49,716 bases of DNA from Bdellovibrionota bacterium (GCA_044356455.1 JBIKWF010000020.1:1-49716), one strand, 5' to 3'; shown: positions 37,676 to 47,099, counted from the first letter of the stretch. Numbers and translations are program-made. The notes: generated by a model from the sequence alone, not told the origin.

Positions 37676-38557
37676 TTATTTCGCTACCGGAAGTGCTCTA
37701 AGAAACGCGGTGCACTTATCATACACCCCTGCATACTGAGGATCGCTAAGTGCAAGCATTCGAATAGGACTCTTTGGTGGCAGCGCCTGTCCAGGAGCGT
37801 ATTTCTCCCACTTCTCGGTCTCGAATGCGACCGCAATCTCAGAAGCCGCCTGACAGATCATCTTCATGGCACCTTTGCCGGGAGCTTTTGACTGAGCTTC
37901 TGGATCAATTCCAAACATCACCGCTTCAGGAACCCCAAACCTACGCAGGTAAGTGATTCCATTTTTCATGGTGTCGAATCGATGATCCTTCTCGAGGCGA
38001 TATAAAAGTTTTACGCGCGGGTTCTCATTTGCCAACTTTACAAACTGCTCCCCAAGGGAGACGAGCGCGAGAAGCTCGCCGTAGTGCACGAGCAACCCGG
38101 CGACTTCACAATCATCAACAAGAGTCTTTGCAGCTACCTCGGCTAAGTATCTCGCGGCCCGCCCCGCAATTCTGCAGCGGCGACGACCGAGCTCAAGCCA
38201 CTTCTCGGCTCCAGGCGCGGCGATAGATGGCGTGCTCGCGATACGATCGAGGACCTGAACGAGAGATTGTGCGCCAAGCCTGTCTATCGCCTGTTTGACC
38301 GTCGTCGCGGGGGGGCGGCCGGCTGAGATCTCGACTGAATTCGAAGTCTTGAGGAGTTCAATAACGATAACTGGATCCTGACAGACGAGAGCCGCGAGCT
38401 CATCCACCCGCGCAGATGGCTGCGCGGCAAGGGATCGAATCTCTGCTAAAGACTGGGCAGAGGGTGGAACCGTAAGCATTGAAAGAGAACGCTTCCCGGT
38501 CGCCGCAGTTGCGTCTGTTGAACTTGATGCTGTCGAAGTTGTTTCTTCTGAACTCAT
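37676..38557 (-). CDS. HDOD domain protein
   Basis: VPP......I........V.ELAALV.QDP.I...LLK.SNS....TV.QAI.RLG, AGLL...G.L, and FGVPE; start placed at MSSEETT. Confidence 0.8.
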   Translation of the reverse strand: MSSEETTSTASSSTDATAATGKRSLSMLTVPPSAQSLAEIRSLAAQPSARVDELAALVCQDPVIVIELLKTSNSVEISAGRPPATTVKQAIDRLGAQSLVQVLDRIASTPSIAAPGAEKWLELGRRRCRIAGRAARYLAEVAAKTLVDDCEVAGLLVHYGELLALVSLGEQFVKLANENPRVKLLYRLEKDHRFDTMKNGITYLRRFGVPEAVMFGIDPEAQSKAPGKGAMKMICQAASEIAVAFETEKWEKYAPGQALPPKSPIRMLALSDPQYAGVYDKCTAFLRALPVAK

Positions 38558-38803
38558 AGCACGACTACACTCGCCAAGCGCTTTGAAGCTCGGCGGGAAA
38601 AGAAAGCGACTCAACCGCAAAAACGTCCAAGGAAGTTACGCCCGAACGAAGAGAGGTAGGCCGCAAACACTCAGGCACCACGCACTAGCCACGATGACGC
38701 GCACGGTTAGAGAGTTAATTCAGCACGCTACCTCCCCCCTCACGAGCTGTCAAAGGAGCAGTTATCCATGGCAGCTAGCTATATGCCCCCCGCCAGCCGC
38801 CTT

Positions 38804-39781
38804 TTAAAGGGAACCTTCGGGGAAGGAGGCGAAATAAGATAGTACCGCGGTTACGTCAGCCGACTGTCCCGATGGGTAGGGGTTCTCCCGAACGAGAAAA
38901 ACCACACTCTGGCCGCCCCCAAGCCCCACTCTTAGCCCGGTGTCTAAATAAAGGAACCCTGCCGGCAAACCCTCTACATTGTTTACCGACTGCTGCCCCC
39001 CATAGAGGCCAAGAAGTACTTCTACATGGGACCAAAGCTCAATTTCAGCGCTCAGGAATCCCTCCCCATGCCACGTATCGTAGGAAAGCCCACCCAGGGT
39101 GCGGTCACCATAAAAAAGCAGCGCCCCACCTATGCTGAGTTCCCAACTCGCACCCAGATAGCCCATGGCTCCGCTGAGCGAAGCATCCAAGCCTCTGTGT
39201 CCAAATCCTTCGCGCGTAGTTGGGAGCGAGAGGCGACTTCCCACCTGAGCCTGCCATCCAATCTCATCCCAGCCCCCAAGCAGTTGTTGCTTGAGCTCAG
39301 CTTTGAGATTCCCAAGAGAGAAGCCCTCATTCTCGAGCGAGAACCTCCCGTCCTTTGTCTCACCCTCGACCAAATACTGGTCATCTGGAACGGTCTCGCG
39401 CTCTCCATCTGGCAAATCAAAAGTGTCGTGCCATTGTCGAATCGTGTGGTCGAAAACTCCCCCGCCGCGCCATAAGATGGGAAGCGTCAGACCAAGTTCG
39501 AGGTTTTTCGCCACCCCGGCCCTTAGAGCAAGTTCGGTGGTGCGCTGCTCAGCGTCAACCACATACCCCTCTTCCGTCACGAAACTATTGGTGACCGAGA
39601 AACGCGTTTCCAAAAGATACGAGCCTTCGCCAATAACCGCGGCAGACTCCGGAGCACCAGTGAGATGCACACTGTTAAGAATAAATTGGTTGGGGAGAGA
39701 TAGCGGTTCAGCAATAGCGCCCAAAGGCACTACGCTCATAAGGGCGACGAGGCAACTTGCACGAACTATCCAAAGGCTCAC
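38804..39781 (-). CDS. Putative outer-membrane beta-barrel protein (DUF3187-like)
   Basis: Signal peptide, 'VDAE..T..L....G....LELGLTLP....GGG.FD..I..WH..F.LP.G.R' pattern, and alternating amphipathic strands. Confidence 0.65.
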   Translation of the reverse strand: MSLWIVRASCLVALMSVVPLGAIAEPLSLPNQFILNSVHLTGAPESAAVIGEGSYLLETRFSVTNSFVTEEGYVVDAEQRTTELALRAGVAKNLELGLTLPILWRGGGVFDHTIRQWHDTFDLPDGERETVPDDQYLVEGETKDGRFSLENEGFSLGNLKAELKQQLLGGWDEIGWQAQVGSRLSLPTTREGFGHRGLDASLSGAMGYLGASWELSIGGALLFYGDRTLGGLSYDTWHGEGFLSAEIELWSHVEVLLGLYGGQQSVNNVEGLPAGFLYLDTGLRVGLGGGQSVVFLVRENPYPSGQSADVTAVLSYFASFPEGSL

Positions 39782-39917
39782 TCAGAACTCGCCAACAAAA
39801 GAAGAACACCGGGAGGAGAGAAATGGTAGCATAAATAACCCTATAATTTAACCATAAATAACACCCGCACCTTGAGGGGAACCCGACACCACACCCTGCT
39901 TCGGCTACCACTCCTCC

Positions 39918-41180
39918 ATGGAGACTTCTTTAGGCGCAGAATCAGTACCTCTCGCCACAAGCGCCTGCCCCATTAAAACTACTACTTCACTGCTCCAAGT
40001 TGTTCTGCGCCATACCGAAAAACTCTTTGGTGAAAAAAGCGCGGCGAGAAGAATTTACCGCCACCACACCTCGTCCCTACAAAAGACTCTCAAAACGCGC
40101 CTCTCGCCGTATATGACGACGGAGAGGGACCCAGAGAAACTGCAGGCACAAGACATTCGCAATGCACGGCTTTGGGAAATTGCAGAAAGCGGTGCTGCTT
40201 TTCTTCAGGCGCTTGCCAGCATGGTTCTCTATATCGCTCCAGTTATCTTCCTTATCGACAGCGTGGTCATTACCCCTCTTATCGAAGGAACTATTCCAAA
40301 CACCTCTGCACGTGTCGCCGCCGCTCTCATTGCCATGGTGATGTCTATGGCTGCTCTTCACGAATGGCGCAAAATTCAAGTGGCAGTCCACTCAGCCAGG
40401 CATGGACCGCTCTCAACTGATACAGGACTAGAAGTTCACCTAAAGCTTGCTGAAGCGCGCTCATTTGAAACGGGACATGGCCGAATTAAAAGCTCGAGGG
40501 CTGCGTGCGAACGTTTCTTTAAAGTTCTTCACATGCCCCCAGAATCAGAACTACGCTATTCGCACCTCCCCGTAGCACTGGTCAGTGCCCTTCATGGAGC
40601 CCTGCGCACATGCCGCGCATTTCAGCATCCCACACGCCGCTACGATTCATTCGCCGCGGTAATCACCCGTCACGGAACCCGCCTTTTTCAACATCGAATC
40701 AGCAGCGAAGTGTTAGAGCGCATGCTTGAAGACTATCTTGCCGCCTCACGCTCGGACTACCCGTGCGATGCAAACGCGCTCCTGCTCTGTGCCCGAAACA
40801 CGGAAAGGACACTTCGAAATGACCCTCTTTTTAGAGACCGCATTGCCTCAATCGCCCTGCGCGAATCAGCCATGCTTCCCAAATCTTTCGATATTGAACG
40901 TATCAATGCCCTGCTTGCCGCGCTCTCGGTACTTGACCTTTCTGATGGCGCGCTCCCCTTCGTTGAACAGGCTTTGCTTAACGAAGTAGTGAACCTGGGA
41001 GACCGCTCTCAGCGCGGCCTGCTCATCTCCTATCTGCTCAATCATGCGAAGATTTCTGCGGGGGCTAGAACCGTCCTTGAGGGTGCTCTTAGTCACCTAG
41101 ACGGCGGGCAAGTCCAGCCAGAAGATTCGCTTCACACCGAAAATCCCAATACGCTTCAACCTATTAGCCACGCGGCCTAA
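39918..41180 (+). CDS. Hypothetical membrane protein (two TM helices, helical C-terminus)
   Basis: 420-aa ORF filling the gap, with two hydrophobic segments around residues 95-147; no recognised family. Confidence 0.65.
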   Translation: METSLGAESVPLATSACPIKTTTSLLQVVLRHTEKLFGEKSAARRIYRHHTSSLQKTLKTRLSPYMTTERDPEKLQAQDIRNARLWEIAESGAAFLQALASMVLYIAPVIFLIDSVVITPLIEGTIPNTSARVAAALIAMVMSMAALHEWRKIQVAVHSARHGPLSTDTGLEVHLKLAEARSFETGHGRIKSSRAACERFFKVLHMPPESELRYSHLPVALVSALHGALRTCRAFQHPTRRYDSFAAVITRHGTRLFQHRISSEVLERMLEDYLAASRSDYPCDANALLLCARNTERTLRNDPLFRDRIASIALRESAMLPKSFDIERINALLAALSVLDLSDGALPFVEQALLNEVVNLGDRSQRGLLISYLLNHAKISAGARTVLEGALSHLDGGQVQPEDSLHTENPNTLQPISHAA

Positions 41181-41216
41181 GTATCTTAGGAATTCAAGAA
41201 ACCGTAGAATCTCGGC

Positions 41217-42335
41217 ATGAATCAGCCCCACATTCAAAGAGGCCATACTGGAAGAGGCCCTGTTTGCACTGCGGCCTCTGGCGCGGCGCAAGCTCTCCGT
41301 CCTGTTGCTAACCCGGAGACCGCACTCATTGCTCCAGATTTCAATGCTATGAAAGTACTCAAGATCAGCCCGGGCAAAAAGGCAGAAGAGAGCGAGATTG
41401 GCTCCTCCGTAACTACCGAAGCGACTAGCAGCGCTGGCGGAAAAGAATTTTTGTGGATCTCTGCTCCCGCCCTCACTCCAGAGCAGCTCTCTCCCCTGCT
41501 TGAAAGAGTTCCCATGTTCAAAGGAAAGGAACATGCCTTTCGAGCGCTCGATGAAGTGGGAAAAGTTGAAATTCGAGGAGGCCTCCTCTGTGTAAGCTCC
41601 CTCATCCCCGTGCCCCCGAAAAGCGGCGAATGGAAGATTACCTTTGAACCGATCACGGTAGTTCTCGGTAACAATGTAGTCTTTTCTATGGGCAACGGTG
41701 CCGAGGAAGCACTTGAAACATTTCGCCACGAACTTAGTTCATACGATCATGAAGAAGTAGCAAAGGCGAGCGCCGCCTGCCTTTTCGCAGGACTGCTTGA
41801 GCGCTACGTGAGACACAGTCAGGCCATAATTGAGGATCTGAAGGGCAAACTTGCTGGCCAAGATGAAGCTCTTGATAAACACGGCTCGCTCGACAAGAAG
41901 TTCCTTTTAGAAACATCTTCTCTCAAAGATGACCTTGAGAAGATGGAGGGAATTGCAAAATCGTTTTCTGGAGTCGCGGAACGACTAGAAGTCTGGTGCA
42001 AAGAGAACCAGGCCTATGATTTTCACGCAGGAGAAGCAATCTTTCGACTCACGGGCAGGACCAAGGATCTCATAGGAAAGTTAGACAGGCGTGAAAATAA
42101 GATTGATGGACTCCTTGGAACGAATTCCCAGATGAGGGAAGAGAAAAGGGCGGAAGGACAAAGACAAATTGCATTTGTTGGCGTTCCACTGTTTCTTCTC
42201 CAAACAGGACTAAGCTATTTTCAGGTACATGACTTTATTAATGGACACACCGATGTCGCGAAGCTTGGATTTTCCACATGCCTGACCGCTGGTCTTGGCC
42301 TGTATCTGTATGCGCGCTGGAGAAAGATTCTCTAA
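41217..42335 (+). CDS. Divergent CorA-like divalent cation transporter family protein
   Basis: 'FLWIS.P..T.EQL..L' N-domain, 'EPITVVLGNNVVFS' strand, long helical stalk, and two C-terminal TMs ending RWRKIL; the GMN motif is absent. Confidence 0.6.
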   Translation: MNQPHIQRGHTGRGPVCTAASGAAQALRPVANPETALIAPDFNAMKVLKISPGKKAEESEIGSSVTTEATSSAGGKEFLWISAPALTPEQLSPLLERVPMFKGKEHAFRALDEVGKVEIRGGLLCVSSLIPVPPKSGEWKITFEPITVVLGNNVVFSMGNGAEEALETFRHELSSYDHEEVAKASAACLFAGLLERYVRHSQAIIEDLKGKLAGQDEALDKHGSLDKKFLLETSSLKDDLEKMEGIAKSFSGVAERLEVWCKENQAYDFHAGEAIFRLTGRTKDLIGKLDRRENKIDGLLGTNSQMREEKRAEGQRQIAFVGVPLFLLQTGLSYFQVHDFINGHTDVAKLGFSTCLTAGLGLYLYARWRKIL

Positions 42336-42455
42336 GGAGCCTCTGAAAAAACTCCATTCTTAATACACCTCCGTTTCCTCTGTGGTGAGTTTCTTCATGA
42401 AAATTTCACCACAGAGGGCTCAGAGGTACACAGAGGTGAGTTTTTCAGAGGTTTC
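42336..42455. mobile_element. MITE-like element, 120 bp (best-preserved copy)
   Basis: TIRs GGAGCCTCTGAAAAAACTC / GAGTTTTTCAGAGGTTTC, flanked by CTAA (containing the upstream gene's TAA stop) and TTAG. Internal hairpin CCTCTGTGGTGA...TCACCACAGAGG and 9-bp units. Confidence 0.82.
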
Positions 42456-42635
42456 TTAGGTGTTGCAGTGGCGACACGGGTGTACCGTGCCGTTCCCATC
42501 CCCTTTCCTCTGAGACGCTGCGCCGCGTAACGTCATGAGTTCACTAGGCCACACTCAAACTCCATTAACTCACGTAACCCATCAGACTCGTTGTGGTTAT
42601 ATGACTTCCTACCATAGAGAGGTCGTTGTTATACT

Positions 42636-42664
42636 TTGACACAGCCTGTGTGACTGTGTGAAAT
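42636..42664 (+). promoter_or_regulatory. sigma70 promoter with overlapping operator for the TA operon
   Basis: TTGACA-N17-TGAAAT; palindrome ACACAG-C-CTGTGT (42639-42651) and tandem CTGTGTGA x2 (42646-42661) overlap it. Confidence 0.7.
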
Positions 42665-42671
42665 TGAGACA

Positions 42672-42905
42672 ATGAAAACGAAGAATTTAACGATCTCTTT
42701 GGATGAAGAGCTTATAAAGGCCGGCAAGCGCTACGCTAAACTGCAAGGCACATCTATTAATGAACTCTTCCGGGATTTCTTGCGAAAGCGTGTCGTGGGT
42801 GTTGCCAACGATAAGACTGCGGCGGAGATGATGGAGGCCCTAGATGAGGCCGTCGGCGATAGCAAAGGCAAAAAATGGTCGAGGGAAGATGCGTACTCTC
42901 GGTAG
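42672..42905 (+). CDS. Antitoxin, ribbon-helix-helix (DUF6364-like/VapB)
   Basis: KNLTISLDEELIKAGKRYA...GTSINELFRDFL RHH pattern and C-terminal KWSREDAY.R; overlaps the PIN gene. Confidence 0.85.
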   Translation: MKTKNLTISLDEELIKAGKRYAKLQGTSINELFRDFLRKRVVGVANDKTAAEMMEALDEAVGDSKGKKWSREDAYSR

Positions 42906-43311
42906 GACATTCCTCGACTCCAATATTTTTGTCTATGCCGTTGATAAGAGCGACAAGCCCCGCAGACAGAAAGCTCGCTCTGCCATCCGCAACCTCATTA
43001 AATCGGGTTCCGGAGTAGTGTCCACTCAGGTAGCCCAGGAATTTTATGTTGTCGCTACAAAAAAATTGGGTGTAGACCCCTTGGCGGCGAAACGCGTGTT
43101 ACACATGATGAGTCAGCTTGAAGTTGTCTCAATTGATCTCGACTTAATCAGCAGCGCCGTCGACTGTAGCATCCTTTCAAAAATCTCGTTTTGGGATGCT
43201 CTTATAGTGGTATCCGCCCGCTCCAGCGGCTGCAAAACCCTGCTTAGTGAAGATTTGGGACATGCTCAGATCATCAACGGAGTGAGAGTCCAGAATCCGT
43301 TTAAGCCGTGA
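42889..43311 (+). CDS. PIN-domain (VapC-like) toxin
   Basis: FLDSNIFVYA, STQVAQEF, ISFWDALIV..A...GC..LLSEDL..Q...GVRV.NPF; ATG 42889 with GAGGGA RBS. Confidence 0.92.
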   Translation: MRTLGRTFLDSNIFVYAVDKSDKPRRQKARSAIRNLIKSGSGVVSTQVAQEFYVVATKKLGVDPLAAKRVLHMMSQLEVVSIDLDLISSAVDCSILSKISFWDALIVVSARSSGCKTLLSEDLGHAQIINGVRVQNPFKP

Positions 43312-43434
43312 CCTTTCCATATTTCCCTCTCAGTGACTTTTGCCCCTCAGTGACCGTGCAAGGCAATCCCCAAACGTCGGCGCCGAATCCTAGCTCCTCA
43401 GATACTGTTGGTCTTCGTGGATGTCCGAGGCCGC

Positions 43435-44121
43435 TTACTGCTGCAGCAAAGCGCTTAGGATTCCTTTCAAATTTGCAGAGGCGCGGTGCAAGAAGCCGTT
43501 AAAGTCCTCCTTGGCGGTGGTATCCCCAGAATCTGATATCGTTCGCATAATGAGAAAGGGAACCTTGTGTAGAGAACATACGAGCGCGACCGCAGCTCCC
43601 TCCATTTCTACGGCATCCCCTCGCAGCTCCTCGGTAAGATACTCAAGGCCATCATTCTCGCGCCTCGCGATAAATCTATCTCCCGTAAGAATGCGCCCAG
43701 AGACCACGCGGCTACCACCCGCGCTGACTTGCAACGCAGCGCTCAGCAAACGAGCATCACTGTTAAGAATCCGAATTGACGTGAATGGAATTTGGCCTCG
43801 CTCAAAGCCAAAATCTGTCGCATCGAGATCATGCTGAAGCAACTCGGCTCCCAGAATAACATCACCCTGACGAAGGCCCGAATGAAGCGCGCCCGCGAGG
43901 CCCGCAAAAACAAGCGCCTGGGGAGAAAAGGCATGGATAAGATACTGCGTGGTCATCGCGGCAAGAGCCTTGCCCACTCCGCACGTGGCAAGCACTACGT
44001 CTTTCCCCGCAAAGCGCCCCTGCACAAGAGTGCCCCCGGCCCATGATGATTCGCGCGGAGACTCGATTGCCTCTTTAAGCTCTCGTGCTTCCTCGGGAAG
44101 TGCGCTGACAATTGCCCACAT
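43435..44121 (-). CDS. mtnN: 5'-methylthioadenosine/S-adenosylhomocysteine nucleosidase
   Basis: AIVSALPEE, CGVGKALAA, G.AG, QHDLDAT.FG...GQIP, TGDRF, VEMEGAAVA, RTISD. Confidence 0.92.
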   Translation of the reverse strand: MWAIVSALPEEARELKEAIESPRESSWAGGTLVQGRFAGKDVVLATCGVGKALAAMTTQYLIHAFSPQALVFAGLAGALHSGLRQGDVILGAELLQHDLDATDFGFERGQIPFTSIRILNSDARLLSAALQVSAGGSRVVSGRILTGDRFIARRENDGLEYLTEELRGDAVEMEGAAVALVCSLHKVPFLIMRTISDSGDTTAKEDFNGFLHRASANLKGILSALLQQ

Positions 44122-44282
44122 ACGCTCGCCTCTTCGATCACATTCCAATTGCTAGGATCACAAAGTCCACTTATTATACTGGAGAGCCTCTAAAAACTAG
44201 TTCTCCGAGCCCTCGCGGGGAGTTGAGCAAGCCTCGCAAAGACCTTCCAAAAGGGAGCTTCCAAGAGGAAGACTAACCACCC

Positions 44283-44915
44283 ATGACCACTGACACCGTT
44301 CGCATCCCCCTTTTTCCTCTGCCCTTGGTTGTGCTGCCGGGAGAAGCGACGGCCCTTCACATTTTCGAGCCCAGATATCTTCAACTTATCTCTGACGTTG
44401 AATCCCGGGGCGTGATTGGGGTTTTTGGCATATCACTGATACGACCAGGCGGAGCAGCTGCGGTCGGGTGTGGCGTTCGAGTCGAAAGATTTTTGCAGAA
44501 ACACGAAGATGGCAAACTTGACCTGATGGTACGAGGAGCCCTGAGATACTCAATTACCGAGATATACCAGGAAAAACCTTATCTTGAGGCTCGCGTCTCT
44601 TTTGTCGAAGATACCGACGCAAACCCTGCGCCCAGCCCTCTACGCGAACAAGCAATCAGCCTTCACGCGCGCTTCTCTGAAATGATGACCGGAAGACCAG
44701 TCGTCCAGGAAGCTGAGGGGAAGACTCCCCTCTCTTTCGTTCTCGCATCGGTGGCGAAAATGGAAAATGAAAGCAAGCAGCGCCTTTTAGAATCGCGCAG
44801 CGAACATGAGCGCTTGCAACTCCTAATTGAGCATTATCAAAAGGCCATCACCGAAACCGCACCTGGTGTTGAAGCAGCCCGCATCAGCCATTCAAATGGC
44901 GTGATTAAACATTAA
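44283..44915 (+). CDS. Stand-alone LON substrate-binding (N-terminal) domain protein
   Basis: IPLFPLPLVVLPG....LHIFEPRY..L, VGC, KQ.LLE.....ERL..L; no ATPase or protease domain. Confidence 0.88.
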   Translation: MTTDTVRIPLFPLPLVVLPGEATALHIFEPRYLQLISDVESRGVIGVFGISLIRPGGAAAVGCGVRVERFLQKHEDGKLDLMVRGALRYSITEIYQEKPYLEARVSFVEDTDANPAPSPLREQAISLHARFSEMMTGRPVVQEAEGKTPLSFVLASVAKMENESKQRLLESRSEHERLQLLIEHYQKAITETAPGVEAARISHSNGVIKH

Positions 44916-45086
44916 GGGGGCAAGAAGCCTTAACCGAAATGAAATGCTTCTCATACGTAAGTATTTAAACTTACGAAATAATATCAAGCTCCCTTCCATA
45001 AGCCCCAAGGCACCTCATGCCGATACTAAAGGCTGTAGATGCGATGCGAAGACGCACTCCGCACGCAGTAAAGGAGGGAATTGGCC

Positions 45087-45593
45087 GTGGCCCACAAAGC
45101 AACTCGTATAACACTCGGCTTAGTTGCAGCTCTGCTTTTCGCCCCTCACCTTCTCCAGGCCGATGTGTGGCGCTGCGAGGGAAACGCCTTTACGAACCGC
45201 CCTTCTTCAGCTGAAGGCTGCGAAAAATTCCAAGGTTCTCGGGTATGCGGGAACGGTCTCAATAGATTCTACACCCCAGAACGCGCCGGCCTTCGCTCTT
45301 CACCAGAAACCTGCACGCCACTCGCGCCCGCGTTTAGTCCTTTTGCAGGAGCGCCGCTGCCATCTCTGCGCCCCATACCTGCAAGCTTTTCACTTGGATC
45401 ACTCTTCCCCAAAGACGATGAAGAGCCACAGCGAAGATGGAACTGGGAGCGCAAACTCGAGCCAACTCTTTCTCTCGCCTCCAACAATGGCAAATCGCTA
45501 CAAGATGAATTTGCTGGCGAACTTGCTGAGCTGCAGGGTTTTCTCAGCAAGATTCCCGGCGGAGAAAGGATTCTAGAAGCGCTCGCGCGATAG
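45087..45593 (+). CDS. Hypothetical exported protein (DUF4124-like N-terminus)
   Basis: AAGGAGG RBS before GTG 45087, signal peptide ending LQA-D, then 'VWRC....FTNRP....GC'. Confidence 0.65.
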   Translation: MAHKATRITLGLVAALLFAPHLLQADVWRCEGNAFTNRPSSAEGCEKFQGSRVCGNGLNRFYTPERAGLRSSPETCTPLAPAFSPFAGAPLPSLRPIPASFSLGSLFPKDDEEPQRRWNWERKLEPTLSLASNNGKSLQDEFAGELAELQGFLSKIPGGERILEALAR

Positions 45594-45602
45594 TGACCGC
45601 CT

Positions 45603-46148
45603 CTATCCTTGGCGCCCACGCACCCAGCGCACCGCAGCTTCCGCCACGCGCTTTCCGAAAGCTTCCGCAGTCTTGAGATCCGCAGCGATTGGCTCTTTCT
45701 GGCCCTGCGGGGACTGAGACATTGCTCCCACAAAACTACTTAGGCGGTTTAGTTCGTCGCCCGGAAGCATGCCCGTGCCTATCCACACCATGGAATGCTG
45801 CATGGCGTTAATAAGAAGCGACTGGAGAGTATTTAACTTATCCCCGCTTGGTCCTTGAGAATTAGTAAAACCTGCCGCAAGTTTATCTTTCCATCCTTGC
45901 TGGAACCAAATCTTACTGGCCGCATCAATAAAGGTTTTGAACTGCGCCGAGGGGCCTCCCATGTAGGTGGGGCAGCCAAAGATAATGCAATCAGAGGCAC
46001 TCAGAGGGGCCATATCCTTGATGGCTTCGTCAGTAGTTACCAGCGCTGCCTGCACACCCGCTACCGACTGAACGCCCTTAAGAACGTATTCAGCCTGAAC
46101 TTTTGTATGCCCGTACCCAGAATGATAAACAATTGAAATCTTTGTCAT
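45603..46148 (-). CDS. WrbA-like flavodoxin family NAD(P)H oxidoreductase
   Basis: IVYHSGYGHT, IFGCPTYMG..SAQFK.F.D, WKDKLAAGFTNS...SGDK..TL. Confidence 0.92.
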   Translation of the reverse strand: MTKISIVYHSGYGHTKVQAEYVLKGVQSVAGVQAALVTTDEAIKDMAPLSASDCIIFGCPTYMGGPSAQFKTFIDAASKIWFQQGWKDKLAAGFTNSQGPSGDKLNTLQSLLINAMQHSMVWIGTGMLPGDELNRLSSFVGAMSQSPQGQKEPIAADLKTAEAFGKRVAEAAVRWVRGRQG

Positions 46149-46292
46149 GGCAATTTGCTCCCCATGTAATAGCCCTGAAATACACCACGTCGCACGGAAG
46201 GGGAACAATAAAGCCTATGGAACTGCTTCGCTTCCTCCGATACTACCTAAGAAGCAAGACACCATACTTACGATTGACTATAGGCAACCGCA

Positions 46293-47099
46293 GTGGAGCT
46301 TTTCCCCAACATACCTGACCTCATTACGACTGCGGTGATTCACCTGCTGCGGCTCCTCCCTGCCGTGATCTTATTGTCCGTACTTGAGAGTATTTTTAGC
46401 AAGCATAAGCGAAGCTGGCGAAGCGCCGGAGTAAAGACCGACCTAGGATTTCTTCTCCTGTCGCTTCTCTACGCCCCGCTCCTTAGGCATTTTGGAACAC
46501 TCCTCGCCGTGGCGTTCTTCGCATCTTCTCCGGACATAAAGTTACAGGGAAGTTTCTCGACGAGTCACCTTCCCCTTTTTCTGCAGATTCTGCTGGTTCT
46601 GTTGATTCGAGATATTTGCATTTATATACGCCACCGACTCTTCCATGGGCGCACACTTTGGAAATTTCACGCGGTACATCACAGCTCAGAGGAAGTAACC
46701 TGGCTTTCCACGCTCCGCTTTCACCCTGGGGAGGCCCTGATCGAAGTAAGCATTAACCTCGCGCTATTCGCACTTCTTGCTCCCTCTCACGAAGCAACGG
46801 TAATCATCGCGCTTATTCTAGGATTCTATGATTATTTTCTGCACGCTGACCTTCGCATCAGCTACGGACCTCTCAACTATTTGTTGGTGAGCCCCCTCTA
46901 TCACCGCTGGCACCACTCAACGGATCCAGAAGCGCGCAACAAAAATTTTGCCGCGATGTTCTCCTTCATCGACCTCGCACTGGGAACATTCTATTTTCCG
47001 CAGCACAAGAGTCCCGAGCAGACAGGGATCCTTTCAAAGGATGCGCGCGTTAAGGTTCCAGACACCTTTTGGGGCCAGCTATGGTATCCCTTTCGTTAA
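46293..47099 (+). CDS. Sterol desaturase / fatty acid hydroxylase superfamily protein
   Basis: His boxes HRLFH, HAVHHS, H(AD), HRWHH; RFHP.E; KNFA..F...D...GTF. Confidence 0.9.
   Translation: MELFPNIPDLITTAVIHLLRLLPAVILLSVLESIFSKHKRSWRSAGVKTDLGFLLLSLLYAPLLRHFGTLLAVAFFASSPDIKLQGSFSTSHLPLFLQILLVLLIRDICIYIRHRLFHGRTLWKFHAVHHSSEEVTWLSTLRFHPGEALIEVSINLALFALLAPSHEATVIIALILGFYDYFLHADLRISYGPLNYLLVSPLYHRWHHSTDPEARNKNFAAMFSFIDLALGTFYFPQHKSPEQTGILSKDARVKVPDTFWGQLWYPFR

Noticed and set aside
44999..45026. Possible sigma28 promoter (TAAG-N16-GCCGATAC) before the 45087 gene
   Set aside because: The spacer is one base off consensus and the -35 is weak; insufficient support without TSS data.
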